Assembly: GCA_963793265.1 (NCBI GenBank)
Contig: CAWBZI010000002.1
Span: 640,001 to 704,000 of the forward strand
Direction of reading: 5' to 3'
Origin: an uncultured cyanobacterium
Lineage (GTDB): Bacteria > Cyanobacteriota > Cyanobacteriia > Phormidesmidales > Phormidesmidaceae
Length of the DNA stretch: 64,000 bases
Shown piece after piece: positions 63,505 through 64,000 of the stretch. The position numbers and the translations under genes were made by a program. The stretch's first letter is position 1. The number at the start of each line of letters is the position of its first letter. The notes beneath the pieces were generated by a model that was given only the letters and a program-made list of their open reading frames with translations, did not search any database and had not been told where the DNA came from.

Positions 63505-63793
63505 GGGTGATTGTACCGGCTTTGAATCACAAAAGCAGGATAGAAGGATTAAACCAGATACAGCGGTTAAAGCCTAAGACCAGGAAGAATATCTTTCCAG
63601 GCAATAGAGGCAGGTGCTGAGCCAGGGAGAAAGCCTCGTAGCTGAGAGATGATCTTAAAGCGGGCGATCGCACTGACCACCGCGCGAATTTGCCAAAGTC
63701 CCCGGTCTTTTCTAGGTTGAGCGATCGCCGCAACAGGCACCGTCAGATAGTAGTCACACTGGTTACACAGCCATAAAACGTGCGACTGCTTGC

Positions 63794-64000
63794 TCAACAC
63801 ATCTCGAAAGACTCATTGTTTCGTTCTGCAGCCTCACAGGCTTGAATTGCATTGGTAAGATCGTCTTTGAGTCGGGCTAAGGGAAACGCATAGGCTGAAG
63901 AAATTTCTGAATTGGCGGCGATCGCTTCTACAACCCTATCTAGGTAATCTCGGGCAGTTTGCAAATTAGGCGACATAGACAAAAGCATCATAAACAACAA
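63794..64000 (-). CDS. hypothetical protein, possibly partial at the window end
   Basis: Open helical ORF in the track; no recognised motif. Confidence 0.45.
   Translation of the reverse strand: MLFMMLLSMSPNLQTARDYLDRVVEAIAANSEISSAYAFPLARLKDDLTNAIQACEAAERNNESFEMC

Noticed and set aside
63527..63800. Two short overlapping minus-strand ORFs, one with CxxC
   Set aside because: No recognisable family; cannot choose a frame

Overview
64-kb chromosomal window from a cyanobacterium. HIP1 GCGATCGC sites are abundant, and psbQ, cikA and a group 2 sigma factor are present; a filamentous Leptolyngbya/Phormidesmis-like lineage is my inference. It is mostly core genes: cobN, cikA, ftsH, rpsD, moaA, cbiD, guaA, purC-bamA-lpxC-fabZ-lpxA-lpxB, a GAF-GAF-PAS adenylate cyclase, lysS, pyrH-frr, psbQ and folP. 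Five small toxin-antitoxin-type modules are interspersed; two have a broken toxin and one lacks its partner. I saw no rRNA, tRNA, CRISPR array or transposase. Most notable: (i) a local G-rich-before/C-rich-after compositional switch centred on HIP1 sites regardless of gene orientation; (ii) a divergent PII paralog lacking the NAGK-binding and phosphorylation residues, ending a co-oriented run of Sll1717-like ATPase, unannotated 54-aa membrane protein and Hpt protein; (iii) a TpsB-exbB-exbD/TonB cluster with no TpsA or TonB-dependent receptor; (iv) an extra N-terminal domain fused to FolP. All family assignments come from motif recognition by eye, not database searches.
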